This document shows positions 11,838 through 21,541 of a DNA stretch of 64,000 nucleotides, one piece after another (the stretch's first letter is position 1; each line of letters starts with the position of its first letter). Where the stretch lies: assembly GCA_035501355.1 (NCBI GenBank), contig DATJWJ010000263.1, positions 24,172 to 88,171 of the forward strand, read 5' to 3'. Under the pieces are notes generated by a model. The model did no database searches, was not told where the DNA came from, and worked only from the letters and a program-made list of their open reading frames with translations. The position numbers and the translations under genes are program-made. This DNA is from Bryobacteraceae bacterium (GTDB taxonomy: Bacteria > Acidobacteriota > Terriglobia > Bryobacterales > Bryobacteraceae).

Positions 11838-14302
11838 AGCTGATCCGCGAGCGCCGCTGGATGCAATGGCCGGAGTCGGTTTTTACAGACTTGCGCCATG
11901 GCATGCTGCTTCTTCGGCGCGACGCGGGGGTGTCCACGCTGATCGTGCTTGTCCTGGCGCTCGGCATCGGCGGTAACGCGGCTATCTTCACGCTGCTGAA
12001 GGCTGCATTTCTCGATCCGTTGCCGTATCGCGATGCCGGCCGCCTCGTCACCGTGATGGAGAATATTGGCAACTGGACTCCCAGCACCTCCGAGTTTCTC
12101 GAGATCCGAGCGCGCAGCCGCACCCTGGAGCAATTGGCGTTCGCCGAGCACGTCGATATGCAGGTCTCTGGAACTGGCGACCCGGTGCGCGTGTTCGCCG
12201 CACGCGTGAGCGCGTCGTTCTTTCCCTTACTCGGTGTGAGCGCCGCTCGAGGCCGCACACTCGTGGATGAAGACAATCAGCCTGGGCGTAACCCCGCCAT
12301 CGTACTCACGGACGCATTTTGGCGTTCGCGAATGGGCGCGGATCCTGGCGTCCTGGGCCGGACGTTGCGCCTGGATGGTCAACCCGCGTTGGTTGTGGGT
12401 GTGCTCCCGCGCGACTACCAGTTCGACTATCCCACGCTGCGCATTCCCGAGCGCGTAGACATCTACGTTTCGTACCCGATCGACCCCGTGATGCCGCTTT
12501 ATCCCAGCAGCAGCGGCCGCGGCCTCGCGGTCCGCGTCATTGGCCGTTTGCGCGCCGGCGTCACCGAGCAGCAGGCCGCGGCCGAACTTCGGAGCATCGG
12601 ACAGGCACTCGTCCGCGAACATTCAGGGGCGCAGTGGTTTCGCGAAGGCGCGCTACGCAATTTCACCTTTGAGACGATTCCTCTGCGCGATGCGATCGTG
12701 GGGACACAGCGCTCGTTGCTATGGTTGCTCCTGGCCGGCGTGGGAGTCCTGTTGCTGATCGCATGCGCGAACACGGCGCAATTGCTGCTGGCTCGTTCGC
12801 TGCGGCGAGGACGCGAGATCGCGATTCGTGCGGCGCTCGGCGCCAGCCGCCCCCGTTTGATCCGTCAGTTCCTTTTGGAAGGGCTGGTGCTCGCGGCGTG
12901 CGGTGGAGCTGCCGGTCTGCTGGCATCCCTCTGGATCGTACGACTGCTGGTAGCAGCCCTTCCGGTACGCGCCCCTCTGCTCGCATCGTCCCATGTGGAT
13001 TGGCGGGTGACAGGAGTGACTATCGCGGTGACGCTGATCTCCGGCCTCCTCTTCGCCATCATCCCCGCCATGAAGGGCAGCTTGTGGACGCTCGGTCCGT
13101 CCCTCGGCTCACGTGTGAGTGGAGGAGAGGGCAATCGTTGGCGTTACGTCATGATTGCGGTGGAAGCCGCGCTGTCCATGTTCTTGCTATGCGGCGCGGG
13201 ATTGGTAGCGCAGAATTTGTGGACGCTGATTTCGACGCCGGTCGGCTTCGATCCCAACCACGTACTGGCCATGCAAATCAAGCTACCGGCCAGCCAGCAG
13301 AACATGCCGGACCAGCGAGCGCAGACGATGTTTCAGGAGTATCTGAAGAAAGTCGCCGCGATCCCGGGAGTGGAGTCTGCCGCAACCGTCACTGGTCCTC
13401 CGCTTCGCCCCTCGCGCGGTGGACCTTTTGAAATCGTAGGACAGACGGACAACAACGGAGCCCTCAAGACTGTGCTCGCGCTGAGCAGTCAGGTGAGCCC
13501 GGACTATTTCCGTACGCTGCGCATTCCGCTGCTCGCGGGCCGTACCTTCCGCGATGATGACGCCGGCCAAAAAATAAGCGTCGCGATCCTGAATGAAGAC
13601 GCCGCGCGACGCTTTGGGCTTGATCGCAACGTGGTCGGCAAGCAGATCCCGGACCCCGACGGCCCAATCACGATCGTGGGCATGGTTGGCAACGTGCGCG
13701 CACGCGGCCTCAATGCCGCACCGTATCCCGAAGTCTACTTATCGTCGCGGCAATTTTCCTGGGGCAACGTTTACTTGGTGGTGCGCTCGGCGATTCCGGC
13801 CGGACAACTGGCGAAGCAAGTGCGAGCAGCGGTCGCGTCCGTGAATCCGGACCAGGCCGTGTTTGGCGTGACCACGATGCAGGATTTCATCTCAGACGCG
13901 GTCAGCGAGCCGCGTTTCGACGCCTGGTTGATCGGCGCGTTCGCGCTACTGGCCGTCGCAATGGCGGCGGCCGGAATGTACAGCGTGATCGCCTGTTTGG
14001 TCTCGCAGCGTACCAGCGAGATCGCCATCCGCATGGCACTTGGAGCAAGCCGCGGCGCAATTGCGCGCACTATTCTGGGCGCGACGAGCGCGTGGGTCGC
14101 CGCAGGATTGGTCCTTGGCCTAGGACTTGGTCTGGCGACGCGGAGCGTGGTGCGCACACTTTCCAGCGCGACGGTGCAAGGCTCCCCGTGGATGTACGCG
14201 GCAGTCGCCGTATTCTTCTTCGCCGTGACGCTGGCCGCGGCCGGTGCCCCAGTGCGCCGCGCCAACCGGATGGACCCGGCCGCCGCGCTCAGGTGCGATT
14301 GA
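11834..14302 (+). CDS. ADOP-family duplicated FtsX/MacB-type permease
   Basis: 822 aa with FTDLRHGMLLLRRDAGVSTLIVLVLALGIGGNAAIFTL and two FtsX modules (..CANTAQLLLARSLRRGREIAIRAALGA.. and ..SQRTSEIAIRMALGA..). Confidence 0.9.
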   Translation: MKLIRERRWMQWPESVFTDLRHGMLLLRRDAGVSTLIVLVLALGIGGNAAIFTLLKAAFLDPLPYRDAGRLVTVMENIGNWTPSTSEFLEIRARSRTLEQLAFAEHVDMQVSGTGDPVRVFAARVSASFFPLLGVSAARGRTLVDEDNQPGRNPAIVLTDAFWRSRMGADPGVLGRTLRLDGQPALVVGVLPRDYQFDYPTLRIPERVDIYVSYPIDPVMPLYPSSSGRGLAVRVIGRLRAGVTEQQAAAELRSIGQALVREHSGAQWFREGALRNFTFETIPLRDAIVGTQRSLLWLLLAGVGVLLLIACANTAQLLLARSLRRGREIAIRAALGASRPRLIRQFLLEGLVLAACGGAAGLLASLWIVRLLVAALPVRAPLLASSHVDWRVTGVTIAVTLISGLLFAIIPAMKGSLWTLGPSLGSRVSGGEGNRWRYVMIAVEAALSMFLLCGAGLVAQNLWTLISTPVGFDPNHVLAMQIKLPASQQNMPDQRAQTMFQEYLKKVAAIPGVESAATVTGPPLRPSRGGPFEIVGQTDNNGALKTVLALSSQVSPDYFRTLRIPLLAGRTFRDDDAGQKISVAILNEDAARRFGLDRNVVGKQIPDPDGPITIVGMVGNVRARGLNAAPYPEVYLSSRQFSWGNVYLVVRSAIPAGQLAKQVRAAVASVNPDQAVFGVTTMQDFISDAVSEPRFDAWLIGAFALLAVAMAAAGMYSVIACLVSQRTSEIAIRMALGASRGAIARTILGATSAWVAAGLVLGLGLGLATRSVVRTLSSATVQGSPWMYAAVAVFFFAVTLAAAGAPVRRANRMDPAAALRCD

Positions 14303-14311
14303 GATCCTGGC

Positions 14312-15820
14312 TCAGCGCGCCGCGCGCGTGGAAGCCCCGGCAGCCCCGCCGATCTTCATCGCGAACACCGGCACCGCCATATCGGCCGCATCCCGCACAT
14401 TGCAGTACGGGTCTTTTCCGAATCCATACCAAAGCACCGCGTCCGCCGGCAGCCGCCCCTGCACATACAGCAATACCGTGCTGGCCTCCGCCGGATCGAC
14501 TCGAGTCTTATAAATCATCGGAAGCAGCGCGCCCTTGGAATCGTGAATCGAAAATCCCGATATGCGCCCGTCCGATTGCAGCCGGCCGTTGACTCCGGAA
14601 AACGAAACCTTCAACACGCCGTTGTCGAGCGCAGCCTCCATCGGCCGCGGGCCGCGCTTCATCTCTCCGTAGTTTTTCAATCGCGCAAACAAGTCGATAC
14701 AAACCAGGTCCGCCAGACGCTTCCCGAGGCGCTTCAAATCCGGCGTGCTGACGTGAATCGTGTCGTCCAGTTGCAAATCCACCGCCGCCACCATTCCTGA
14801 GTGAGGAATCTCGGACTCGGCCCGCAGCTGCGCCAGTTGCACGCGGTTCCATTCCGTGACGTTAGTGTTATCGACGTGGCGCCCGATCTGCACGTAGTAA
14901 AAAGGAAGATCCGGCTGATTCAGATCGGTCCGCACCGCCTTGACGAAATCCTCGAACTTCTGCAAAAACCCCGGCTCGGCCTTCACGTTGGCATCCGACT
15001 CGCCCTGATACCAAAGCACGCCTCGCACGTGCCCACCCACCGCCTGCACGCGCCTGTACATCGAGCCGTATAGCGATTCCCCCTCGCGATCTTTCCAGCC
15101 CGGGTTCCACTGATCCATGGACGTGCCGCCGTGCGCGCACGGAATCAGCCCGATCGGAATGCCCGTGCGAGTCACCATTTCCACCGCGAACGGCAATCCC
15201 AGCCCCGCGCCTTTTTTGCGATTCGCAAGATACGTTTCGAGTGGTTGTCCCGTCAGCCGCTCCGGCTGATTCTGCGCGTTCAACGGCCAATGCACTGGAT
15301 CCACCGCGCTCACCACGGTGTGCAGCGGCTCTTCGGCCGACTTCCAGTGATCCGCCATGTCGAAACTGCGCACCAGCGGCGCGGGCTGCTGCACGTCCAG
15401 CAAATCGCCGTGACCCTCCATGTTCGATTGCCCGGCCAGCACCCACAGGTCGCCCACCAGCAGATTGGAAATCGAAACCGTCGAGGACTCTACGCCCAGC
15501 ATCCGGACTTCGAGCCGGTACGGCCCTCCGGTCGGGATGCCCTTCAGCTCTCCGTTCCAGTGCAGCTTTTGGATTTTGCCGAGGTGCGCCCAATGGAACC
15601 CGGCCAGTTCGGTGGACCGCGCGTCCAGCAGCCGCGCTTCCACTTCCTTGCCGTCCACTTTCTTGCCGGACGCCGTGCCGCTCAGAACGATGCGCCCATT
15701 GTCATCGGCATCGCGCTGCAGCACCTGATTGTCGGCCGGGCCGATGCTGATGTGGAGTTCCTGCCCAACTGCCGCCGTCAGACAGAAGATCAAGCCAATG
15801 ATCGAATGTCGAATGCGCAT
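14312..15820 (-). CDS. Sialate O-acetylesterase-like (SASA/DUF303, SGNH-type) exported esterase
   Basis: Motifs are LAGQSNMEGHG and VLWYQGESDAN. I place the start at the internal ATG 15820 (MRIRHSIIGLIFCLTAAVGQ, a signal peptide) rather than at ORF start 15979. Confidence 0.8.
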   Translation of the reverse strand: MRIRHSIIGLIFCLTAAVGQELHISIGPADNQVLQRDADDNGRIVLSGTASGKKVDGKEVEARLLDARSTELAGFHWAHLGKIQKLHWNGELKGIPTGGPYRLEVRMLGVESSTVSISNLLVGDLWVLAGQSNMEGHGDLLDVQQPAPLVRSFDMADHWKSAEEPLHTVVSAVDPVHWPLNAQNQPERLTGQPLETYLANRKKGAGLGLPFAVEMVTRTGIPIGLIPCAHGGTSMDQWNPGWKDREGESLYGSMYRRVQAVGGHVRGVLWYQGESDANVKAEPGFLQKFEDFVKAVRTDLNQPDLPFYYVQIGRHVDNTNVTEWNRVQLAQLRAESEIPHSGMVAAVDLQLDDTIHVSTPDLKRLGKRLADLVCIDLFARLKNYGEMKRGPRPMEAALDNGVLKVSFSGVNGRLQSDGRISGFSIHDSKGALLPMIYKTRVDPAEASTVLLYVQGRLPADAVLWYGFGKDPYCNVRDAADMAVPVFAMKIGGAAGASTRAAR

Positions 15821-16075
15821 CAGGATTGCATTGTAGCAAGCCGAAGGCGCTAATTCGGTACTGGGCCGGTTTGGCTGACTGTGGGGCATTTCGAAAAGGT
15901 TGGCGACTACACGTCCAGGATTCCAATTCGCGGGGCCAGATTGTGAGACGGATTTCTGAAACGCCCGTTGCGCCCCCAACGGTCGACGGTTGTGTCAAAA
16001 CCTACCCTTAGTGAGACGCCGGCCGCGGCGAGGAGATGGATGATCCTCAGTTGAACGGCGCGCCATAATGAAGGG

Positions 16076-16561
16076 GTGCAACGCCTTTCCCGCATTTGCG
16101 CCATTGCCGTATTGCTCCTGACATCGGGCGGGGCCGTCTCGGCAATTGAGAAGTTCACTTTCATCCGGAGCGCAGATGCGGTGGTCGTCGGACAACTAAA
16201 GCTTTCGAGCTATTTTCTTTCATTCGACGGTTTACATGTGAATGGAAGTATCGTGGCGACCGAGATCCTCTACGGAGGTGGGCACGCCGGCCTGGAGTTC
16301 GCGTACCACCTAGTCGTTCCGTGTTCTGTATGGGATGCAATTTCAGGGGTTTGTGGCTATCGCGGGGTGTGGCAGCATTGGTCCGAATCGAAAGAAATCG
16401 TTACTCGGAAACACATCTGGGCGCTCTTGAAAGGACCGGGCTCGTCGTGGACCTCCGAGGACCGTAGACTGGCCTTCATATACCATCTCACCGATCGCGA
16501 GAAGGTGATTGCCGTTCTAAAGGACCGCCAGCAACTCGAGCACGATCGCCCGAAGCCATAG
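16076..16561 (+). CDS. Hypothetical secreted protein
   Basis: 161 aa with a GTG start and signal peptide QRLSRICAIAVLLLTSGGAVSA. No family recognised. Confidence 0.5.
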   Translation: MQRLSRICAIAVLLLTSGGAVSAIEKFTFIRSADAVVVGQLKLSSYFLSFDGLHVNGSIVATEILYGGGHAGLEFAYHLVVPCSVWDAISGVCGYRGVWQHWSESKEIVTRKHIWALLKGPGSSWTSEDRRLAFIYHLTDREKVIAVLKDRQQLEHDRPKP

Positions 16562-16662
16562 CGTGTTTGCCTGGGGCGCATGCAAAATCCCTTTCTGGTT
16601 TCGTTTTCCGTCGTCTCAAAGCTTGCCCTTTGTGACGCAATAGAGAGAAAGCACGGCGGGGG

Positions 16663-16992
16663 TTAGCCGAAAGGAATATGAATTTCAGTGTAGCTGCCGG
16701 GTGTGGCGGCGTTTACCACGGCGGCGATAGTTTGAAGCTGGAACCTGACGCGAGACCATTTCGTCGAGCCGGTCAGAACCACAAGAGCAATTTTTCGTCC
16801 GGCAAGGTTTTGCTGATAGCGTATTCGCCTGTCGGTCGTGAGCAAAACATCAATCGCCGCTTGCTCTGCCGCGTCGAGCAACGCGCCGTTGCTGAGCCTG
16901 TCCCATCCTTTGGATTGCGCCGTAATGACGGTGTGGCCGGAAAGCGCACCGTTGAGGCCCTTGGGCGTCCCGTGATCAAAGAGAATGAGCAT
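16663..16992 (-). CDS. DUF5615-like (PIN-like fold) putative toxin
   Basis: 109 aa with MLILFDHGTP...GHTVIT...DVLLTTDRRIRYQQNL. Its start overlaps the upstream DUF433 gene's stop by 17 nt. Confidence 0.6.
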   Translation of the reverse strand: MLILFDHGTPKGLNGALSGHTVITAQSKGWDRLSNGALLDAAEQAAIDVLLTTDRRIRYQQNLAGRKIALVVLTGSTKWSRVRFQLQTIAAVVNAATPGSYTEIHIPFG

Positions 16993-17239
16993 CGACCGGC
17001 GCTGGCTCCGACTGCTGCGGCGCTGAAGCCTTGAGGCTCTTTGCCACGAAGTCGAGTACCGCCGTGATCTGCTCGCGCGTCACGTCGAATTGTTCCATCA
17101 CTTCCTCAACGCTTAAATCCTCAAGGTTTTCGATGACCGTAGCCACGGGCAAGCGGGTATCCTTGAACACCCATGCGCCGCTCACCTTGCCGGGGATGCT
17201 TTCGACGGCGGGGCATTGCGACCAATCAAGAGTTGACAT
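16976..17239 (-). CDS. DUF433 domain protein (putative antitoxin)
   Basis: DUF433 pattern PAVESIPGKVSGAWVFKDTRLPVATVIENLEDLSVEEVMEQFDVTREQITAVLDF. Start chosen at ATG 17239 (MSTLDW), preceded by AGGAGG 7 nt upstream, rather than GTG 17275. Confidence 0.7.
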   Translation of the reverse strand: MSTLDWSQCPAVESIPGKVSGAWVFKDTRLPVATVIENLEDLSVEEVMEQFDVTREQITAVLDFVAKSLKASAPQQSEPAPVDAHSL

Positions 17240-17526
17240 GCTCTTAGCCTCCTTTTCATCGTAGCTTTTTAGCACGGCTCGGCGGCGTCACGCTGGGAAG
17301 GAAAGGGCGTGAATCCCGAAAGTTAATCCTCTGCGAGAACTGCGCGACGATTACTTTTCGGTTTTTGCGTTAAAGGTGGTCGTCGCTGCTTTGCCGCCCT
17401 CTTTATGAGACGGCGTTGATGTCCACGTAATCGGATAGCGCCTTGTCAACCGAACTACCGGCCGCGTCGGCACAGAATTTCAAACTGACTACCTGCTAAT
17501 TCGAGTACACAAAAGCAGCGAATGTT

Positions 17527-17901
17527 TCAGTTCTGCTTGACGGCCGGTTTCACTTCCACCTTCCGTGGCGCAGCGCTGATATTGCCAGCCGCCTTGGCCG
17601 CGGCTTGTTCAGAAACTTTAATGTTGTTTACAACTTTGATCGCGCCCGCGGTCTTGGCCATGCGCGTGGCCGCACCTTTGTGCTGCATCACGCTAGTGGT
17701 GCCGGTCCAGGTGGCCACGCCGTCCTTGATGTGCACCTGAAAACCTTCCTTGCCGATCTTGGATTTCGCCAGCTTGGCCTTGATAGTTGCCTCGATCTCA
17801 GCGTCGCTGAACTTGCCCTGGCTGTGCGACTTAGTAAGTGTTCCCGCTTGCGCCGCCCAGGACCAGAGCACCAGCGAGAGAGTTGCTAAAAATGTCCTCA
17901 T
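17527..17901 (-). CDS. BON-domain periplasmic protein
   Basis: 124 aa with a signal peptide (MRTFLATLSLVLWSWAAQA) and BON-like DAEIEATIKAKLAKSKIGKEGFQVHIKDGVATWTGTT...AGAIKVVNNIKV. Confidence 0.75.
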   Translation of the reverse strand: MRTFLATLSLVLWSWAAQAGTLTKSHSQGKFSDAEIEATIKAKLAKSKIGKEGFQVHIKDGVATWTGTTSVMQHKGAATRMAKTAGAIKVVNNIKVSEQAAAKAAGNISAAPRKVEVKPAVKQN

Positions 17902-18162
17902 GCCGGATTAGTGTCCCGCAGCGGTTTTCCTCGCACGAAAATTCGTCGGTTCACCGTCGCCCCGCCTGTAACCCTCCCTCGGGCCTGCTTTTCGGACGCC
18001 CATCTTTGCCAGAAACCTGCGGTCGCCTCGGGGTTTTCCCTTAGCGTCTCAGTGTTTCCGGCGGTCGATGGACAGAAGGGGAGGGATCGACAGAAGATTT
18101 CAATGGAGCCCATGAGCGCGGTACCTTCTCGCTCAACATCAACCAAACTTCAGGAGTCCAAA

Positions 18163-19341
18163 ATGAGAATACGCTCCAGGATGCCGCGGTGGGTCGCTAC
18201 CATTGCGCTCGCTTTGCTCGCCCAAACTGAATCCCAAGCACAACGTCCGGCGGCGCTGTCCCCGGAAGAAGTGCAGAGATTGGAAACGGCTGTTCAGCGA
18301 AATCCTAACGACACCGCGGCGCGAAGCAGGCTTCTGGATCACTATTACCTCGACCGGTCGGTCGATCCAACTGAAGCCATAGCCGCTCGGCGACGGCATA
18401 TCCTGTGGTTGATTGAGAACGCTCCGGAGAGCGCGCTGGCGGGCACCTCACAAGCAACCATCGATCCTTCCGGCTATTCTCTCGGGGATGCGCAAGGATA
18501 CAAGCTCGCTTCCGAAGCATGGCGGAGGCAGGCTGCAAATCCGGACGTGAAGCCGGCCGTGCTGATGAACGCCGCATTCTTCTTCAAAACACTCGAGCAG
18601 CAATACACCGTCAGTCTGCTGGAGCGAGCCCTGAGCCTCGATCCAAAGAACAAAGAGATCGGCGCGAGGCTCGGCGATGAATATGCTCTGATCATCCTTG
18701 GTGTGACGTTGCTCAATCGAAACGGGTACCCGCTCAGAGCCGATCGTGGCCTGGCGCAATCCGCTCTTGCGAACACTGCCCGGAACGCACTGACGACCTC
18801 GCGCAATCCCTACGCGCTGGCGAAGGCAGGTTACATGCTGGCATGGCAAGGAATCATCGTGTACGCTTCCGGGCAGATCCCCTTCAACCCCATGCCTTTG
18901 GCTAGAAGCGCCGTGGACCGCGCGGTGAGTCTTGCGCCAGGCGATCCCCAAGTTGCCGCCGCACGCGAACAGGTTCGAGAATTTGAGCGGATGGCGCAAG
19001 CAGCCACGCGCACCCAAAAGGATGCGCCGCCAACGCCGCACGTCAGCGCGCAGACTCCCGGCCATTCCACTGCCTCACCCAGCGCCGCTTCGCCCCAGGC
19101 GGCTGTCCCAGCCCTGGCAGCAGATGCAGCGCCGGCTCCCAGTACGCCTGCAAAAGAAGATCTCGCCAAAATCACGGTGGGAATGAGCCGGGAAGACGTG
19201 CTGAAGCTTGGCCCGCCCGCGTCCCGCACCACCATGGATGACGGACACCTTACCGAGATCTTCCAGTATTTCGTGAACACGTCGACGGTTGGCACCATAC
19301 GGCTAAGGGACGGCGTTGTGACCAATGTGCAAATTCCTTAG
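18163..19341 (+). CDS. Hypothetical secreted protein (TPR-like N-domain, Ala/Pro/Ser linker, BamE/SmpA-like C-terminus)
   Basis: Start set at ATG 18163 (MRIRSRMPRWVATIALALLAQTESQAQ), with AGGAG 6 nt upstream. C-terminal sequence is ITVGMSREDVLKLGPP...IRLRDGVVTNVQI. Confidence 0.6.
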   Translation: MRIRSRMPRWVATIALALLAQTESQAQRPAALSPEEVQRLETAVQRNPNDTAARSRLLDHYYLDRSVDPTEAIAARRRHILWLIENAPESALAGTSQATIDPSGYSLGDAQGYKLASEAWRRQAANPDVKPAVLMNAAFFFKTLEQQYTVSLLERALSLDPKNKEIGARLGDEYALIILGVTLLNRNGYPLRADRGLAQSALANTARNALTTSRNPYALAKAGYMLAWQGIIVYASGQIPFNPMPLARSAVDRAVSLAPGDPQVAAAREQVREFERMAQAATRTQKDAPPTPHVSAQTPGHSTASPSAASPQAAVPALAADAAPAPSTPAKEDLAKITVGMSREDVLKLGPPASRTTMDDGHLTEIFQYFVNTSTVGTIRLRDGVVTNVQIP

Positions 19342-20122
19342 TCCCGGATTCTGCCTGCTCACCCTGCTGGTGACTAACCCGCTCGCAAACGCGGAAGTCA
19401 ACGCACGTATTCTCGAAACCGGCCCGCCGGCTCCCGTAACCCTGGGAAAAATGGAATGGCTGAACATCCGTGTCTTCTATACAGCCGACGAAGAGGTCAT
19501 ATTCAGCCCTGACTCCTATTACAAGGACAAGCGCGTCTTCGACGAAAATCACTTTTTAGTTTCTGGCTTTCGCCCGCCCGGCAGCGGTGAAGCCGCCGTC
19601 GCCATCGCTTTCACGGACTCAAGAAGAGTGGACCTGCTGAAGGTCTTCGCCTGGAGCAGATCGGGCCGCGTGATCGGGGAAATGAGCCTCCCGGTCGATA
19701 TCCGCTGGACCGGACGTGCGCCGGCCACCGCGAAACAAACTCCGGATTGGGCCCGCGGCCTGGAAGACCAACAGATCGAGCAGGCTCGGAAAGCGGCTAC
19801 ACCACAGTCTTGGACCTGGAGCGAAACGGCCTTGGGCATGGCAGCCACGGTGCTCATGTTTGGCGCCGTTCCCGCTTACTTCGTTCTTCAGGTGATCGCG
19901 CTGTGGCGCTTGCGAAGCGGGTGGCTGAAGGCGTCGCTGCTTCCCGTGATCCCGATGATTCTGGTGCTTGTGTACACGATCGACGCCTACAACAAGGAAT
20001 CGAACCTCTGGCCTATCGTGCTGATCTTCTCTTCGCCTGTAGCCGCGGCTTACGTGCTCGCGATTCTCGTCATCCATCGGATTAGCGAAAGAGCGCGCGG
20101 AGCCGTCGCGCCGGCTGCATAG
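19325..20122 (+). CDS. Hypothetical membrane protein (exported N-domain plus 3-4 C-terminal TM helices)
   Basis: 265 aa. It overlaps the previous gene by 17 nt and has a signal-like N-terminus and hydrophobic C-terminal helices. Confidence 0.55.
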   Translation: MCKFLSPGFCLLTLLVTNPLANAEVNARILETGPPAPVTLGKMEWLNIRVFYTADEEVIFSPDSYYKDKRVFDENHFLVSGFRPPGSGEAAVAIAFTDSRRVDLLKVFAWSRSGRVIGEMSLPVDIRWTGRAPATAKQTPDWARGLEDQQIEQARKAATPQSWTWSETALGMAATVLMFGAVPAYFVLQVIALWRLRSGWLKASLLPVIPMILVLVYTIDAYNKESNLWPIVLIFSSPVAAAYVLAILVIHRISERARGAVAPAA

Positions 20123-20174
20123 TTCAGCGGCCGCCCGTACCACCCGGCCGATAAACCGATAACCCCTGCCTTGC

Positions 20175-21449
20175 GTGTCGCCGAACAACGATACACTGAA
20201 GTTGATGTCCGCGGGTACCACCATCCCGAGCACCGTCGCGCCGCCGCAGGTCAAGGCGGCCGCCGGAACCGCGTTCGGCATTTTGGCCGCCATCAGCTTC
20301 TGTCATCTGCTGAACGACATGCTCCAGTCGCTGATCCCCGCCGTGTACCCGCTGCTGAAGACTTCCTACCATCTGGATTTCAGCCAGATCGGCTTGATCA
20401 CGCTGACCGTACAGCTTACAGCTTCACTGCTCCAGCCCCTGGTGGGCCTTTATAACGACTACCGGGTCATGCCTTACTCGCTTCCGCTCGGCATGGCCTT
20501 CACGCTGGCCGGACTGGTGATGCTCTCCCGAGCACCGCGGTTTGGAATGATTCTCGTTTCGGTGGCGCTGATCGGCGTCGGTTCGTCCGTGTTTCACCCC
20601 GAGTCATCCCGCGTCGCGCGCCTGGCTTCGGGCGGCCAGCACGGCTTGGCACAGTCGCTATTTCAGGTAGGCGGGAATGCGGGAAGCTCGCTCGGTCCAC
20701 TGCTGGCCGCATTCGTGGTGCTCCCGTTCGGCCAGCACAGCATCGCCTGGTTCGCCACCGCGGCCCTGGCGGCCATCCTGGTGCTGACGGGCGTCGCGCA
20801 TTGGCATCAAAACCGCCGCACCGTCGAAAAGCACGTGCCCGCACGTCACGCCGAGCGCACCCTCAACCTTTCTCCCCGGCGGGTCGCCGGCGCCCTCATC
20901 GTCCTGGTCGCGCTCATCTTCTCCAAGTTTTTCTACTTGGTCAGCTTGAACAGCTTTTATATTTTTTACTTGATGAACAAATTCCACATGCCTGTGCGCA
21001 CCGCCCAGCTTTACTTGTTCATCTTTTTGGGCTCGGTGGCCGCCGGAACCATCGTTGGCGGACCGGTGGGTGACCGCATCGGCCGCAAGTACGTGATCTG
21101 GTGCTCCATCCTGGGCGTGCTTCCGTTCACGCTCATGCTCCCGCACGCCAACCTGTTCTGGACCGGAGTCCTTACGGTAATCATCGGCCTGGTGCTTTCC
21201 TCAGCCTTCTCCGCCATCCTGGTTTACGCCCAGGAGCTTCTGCCCGGCAAGATCGGCATGGTCTCGGGCTTGTTCTTCGGCCTGGCGTTCGGCGTGGCCG
21301 GAATCGGCGCCGCATTCTTAGGCAAGCTCGCCGATTCCACCAGCATCAGCCTGGTCTATCAAGTCTGCGCTTTCCTCCCCGCCATCGGCCTGCTGACGGC
21401 ATTCCTGCCCAATATCGAACCGGCGCGAGCGCGCCACAAGTCAGCCTAA
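20175..21449 (+). CDS. MFS transporter (Fsr/fosmidomycin-resistance-like subfamily)
   Basis: 424 aa, about 12 TM, with an MFS loop motif GDRIGRKYVIW. The start is uncertain: GTG 20175 or the in-frame ATG 30 nt downstream. Confidence 0.8.
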   Translation: MSPNNDTLKLMSAGTTIPSTVAPPQVKAAAGTAFGILAAISFCHLLNDMLQSLIPAVYPLLKTSYHLDFSQIGLITLTVQLTASLLQPLVGLYNDYRVMPYSLPLGMAFTLAGLVMLSRAPRFGMILVSVALIGVGSSVFHPESSRVARLASGGQHGLAQSLFQVGGNAGSSLGPLLAAFVVLPFGQHSIAWFATAALAAILVLTGVAHWHQNRRTVEKHVPARHAERTLNLSPRRVAGALIVLVALIFSKFFYLVSLNSFYIFYLMNKFHMPVRTAQLYLFIFLGSVAAGTIVGGPVGDRIGRKYVIWCSILGVLPFTLMLPHANLFWTGVLTVIIGLVLSSAFSAILVYAQELLPGKIGMVSGLFFGLAFGVAGIGAAFLGKLADSTSISLVYQVCAFLPAIGLLTAFLPNIEPARARHKSA

Positions 21450-21541
21450 AGACATCTCTACCTCAGAGTCCGGCTTGGGCGGCCGATACGATAATTAGCA
21501 ACTCAGTCAGTTGCCGACTTCGAAAGGACTTCTATATTTAC

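Noticed and set aside
15821-15979. Upstream extension of the esterase ORF, and similarly 17911-18162, 21101-21541, 28387-28521, 29605-29715 and 47473-47505
   Set aside because: In each case an internal start gives a proper signal peptide, SD or family N-terminus. The extension either overlaps a neighbouring gene or adds implausible basic or low-complexity sequence.
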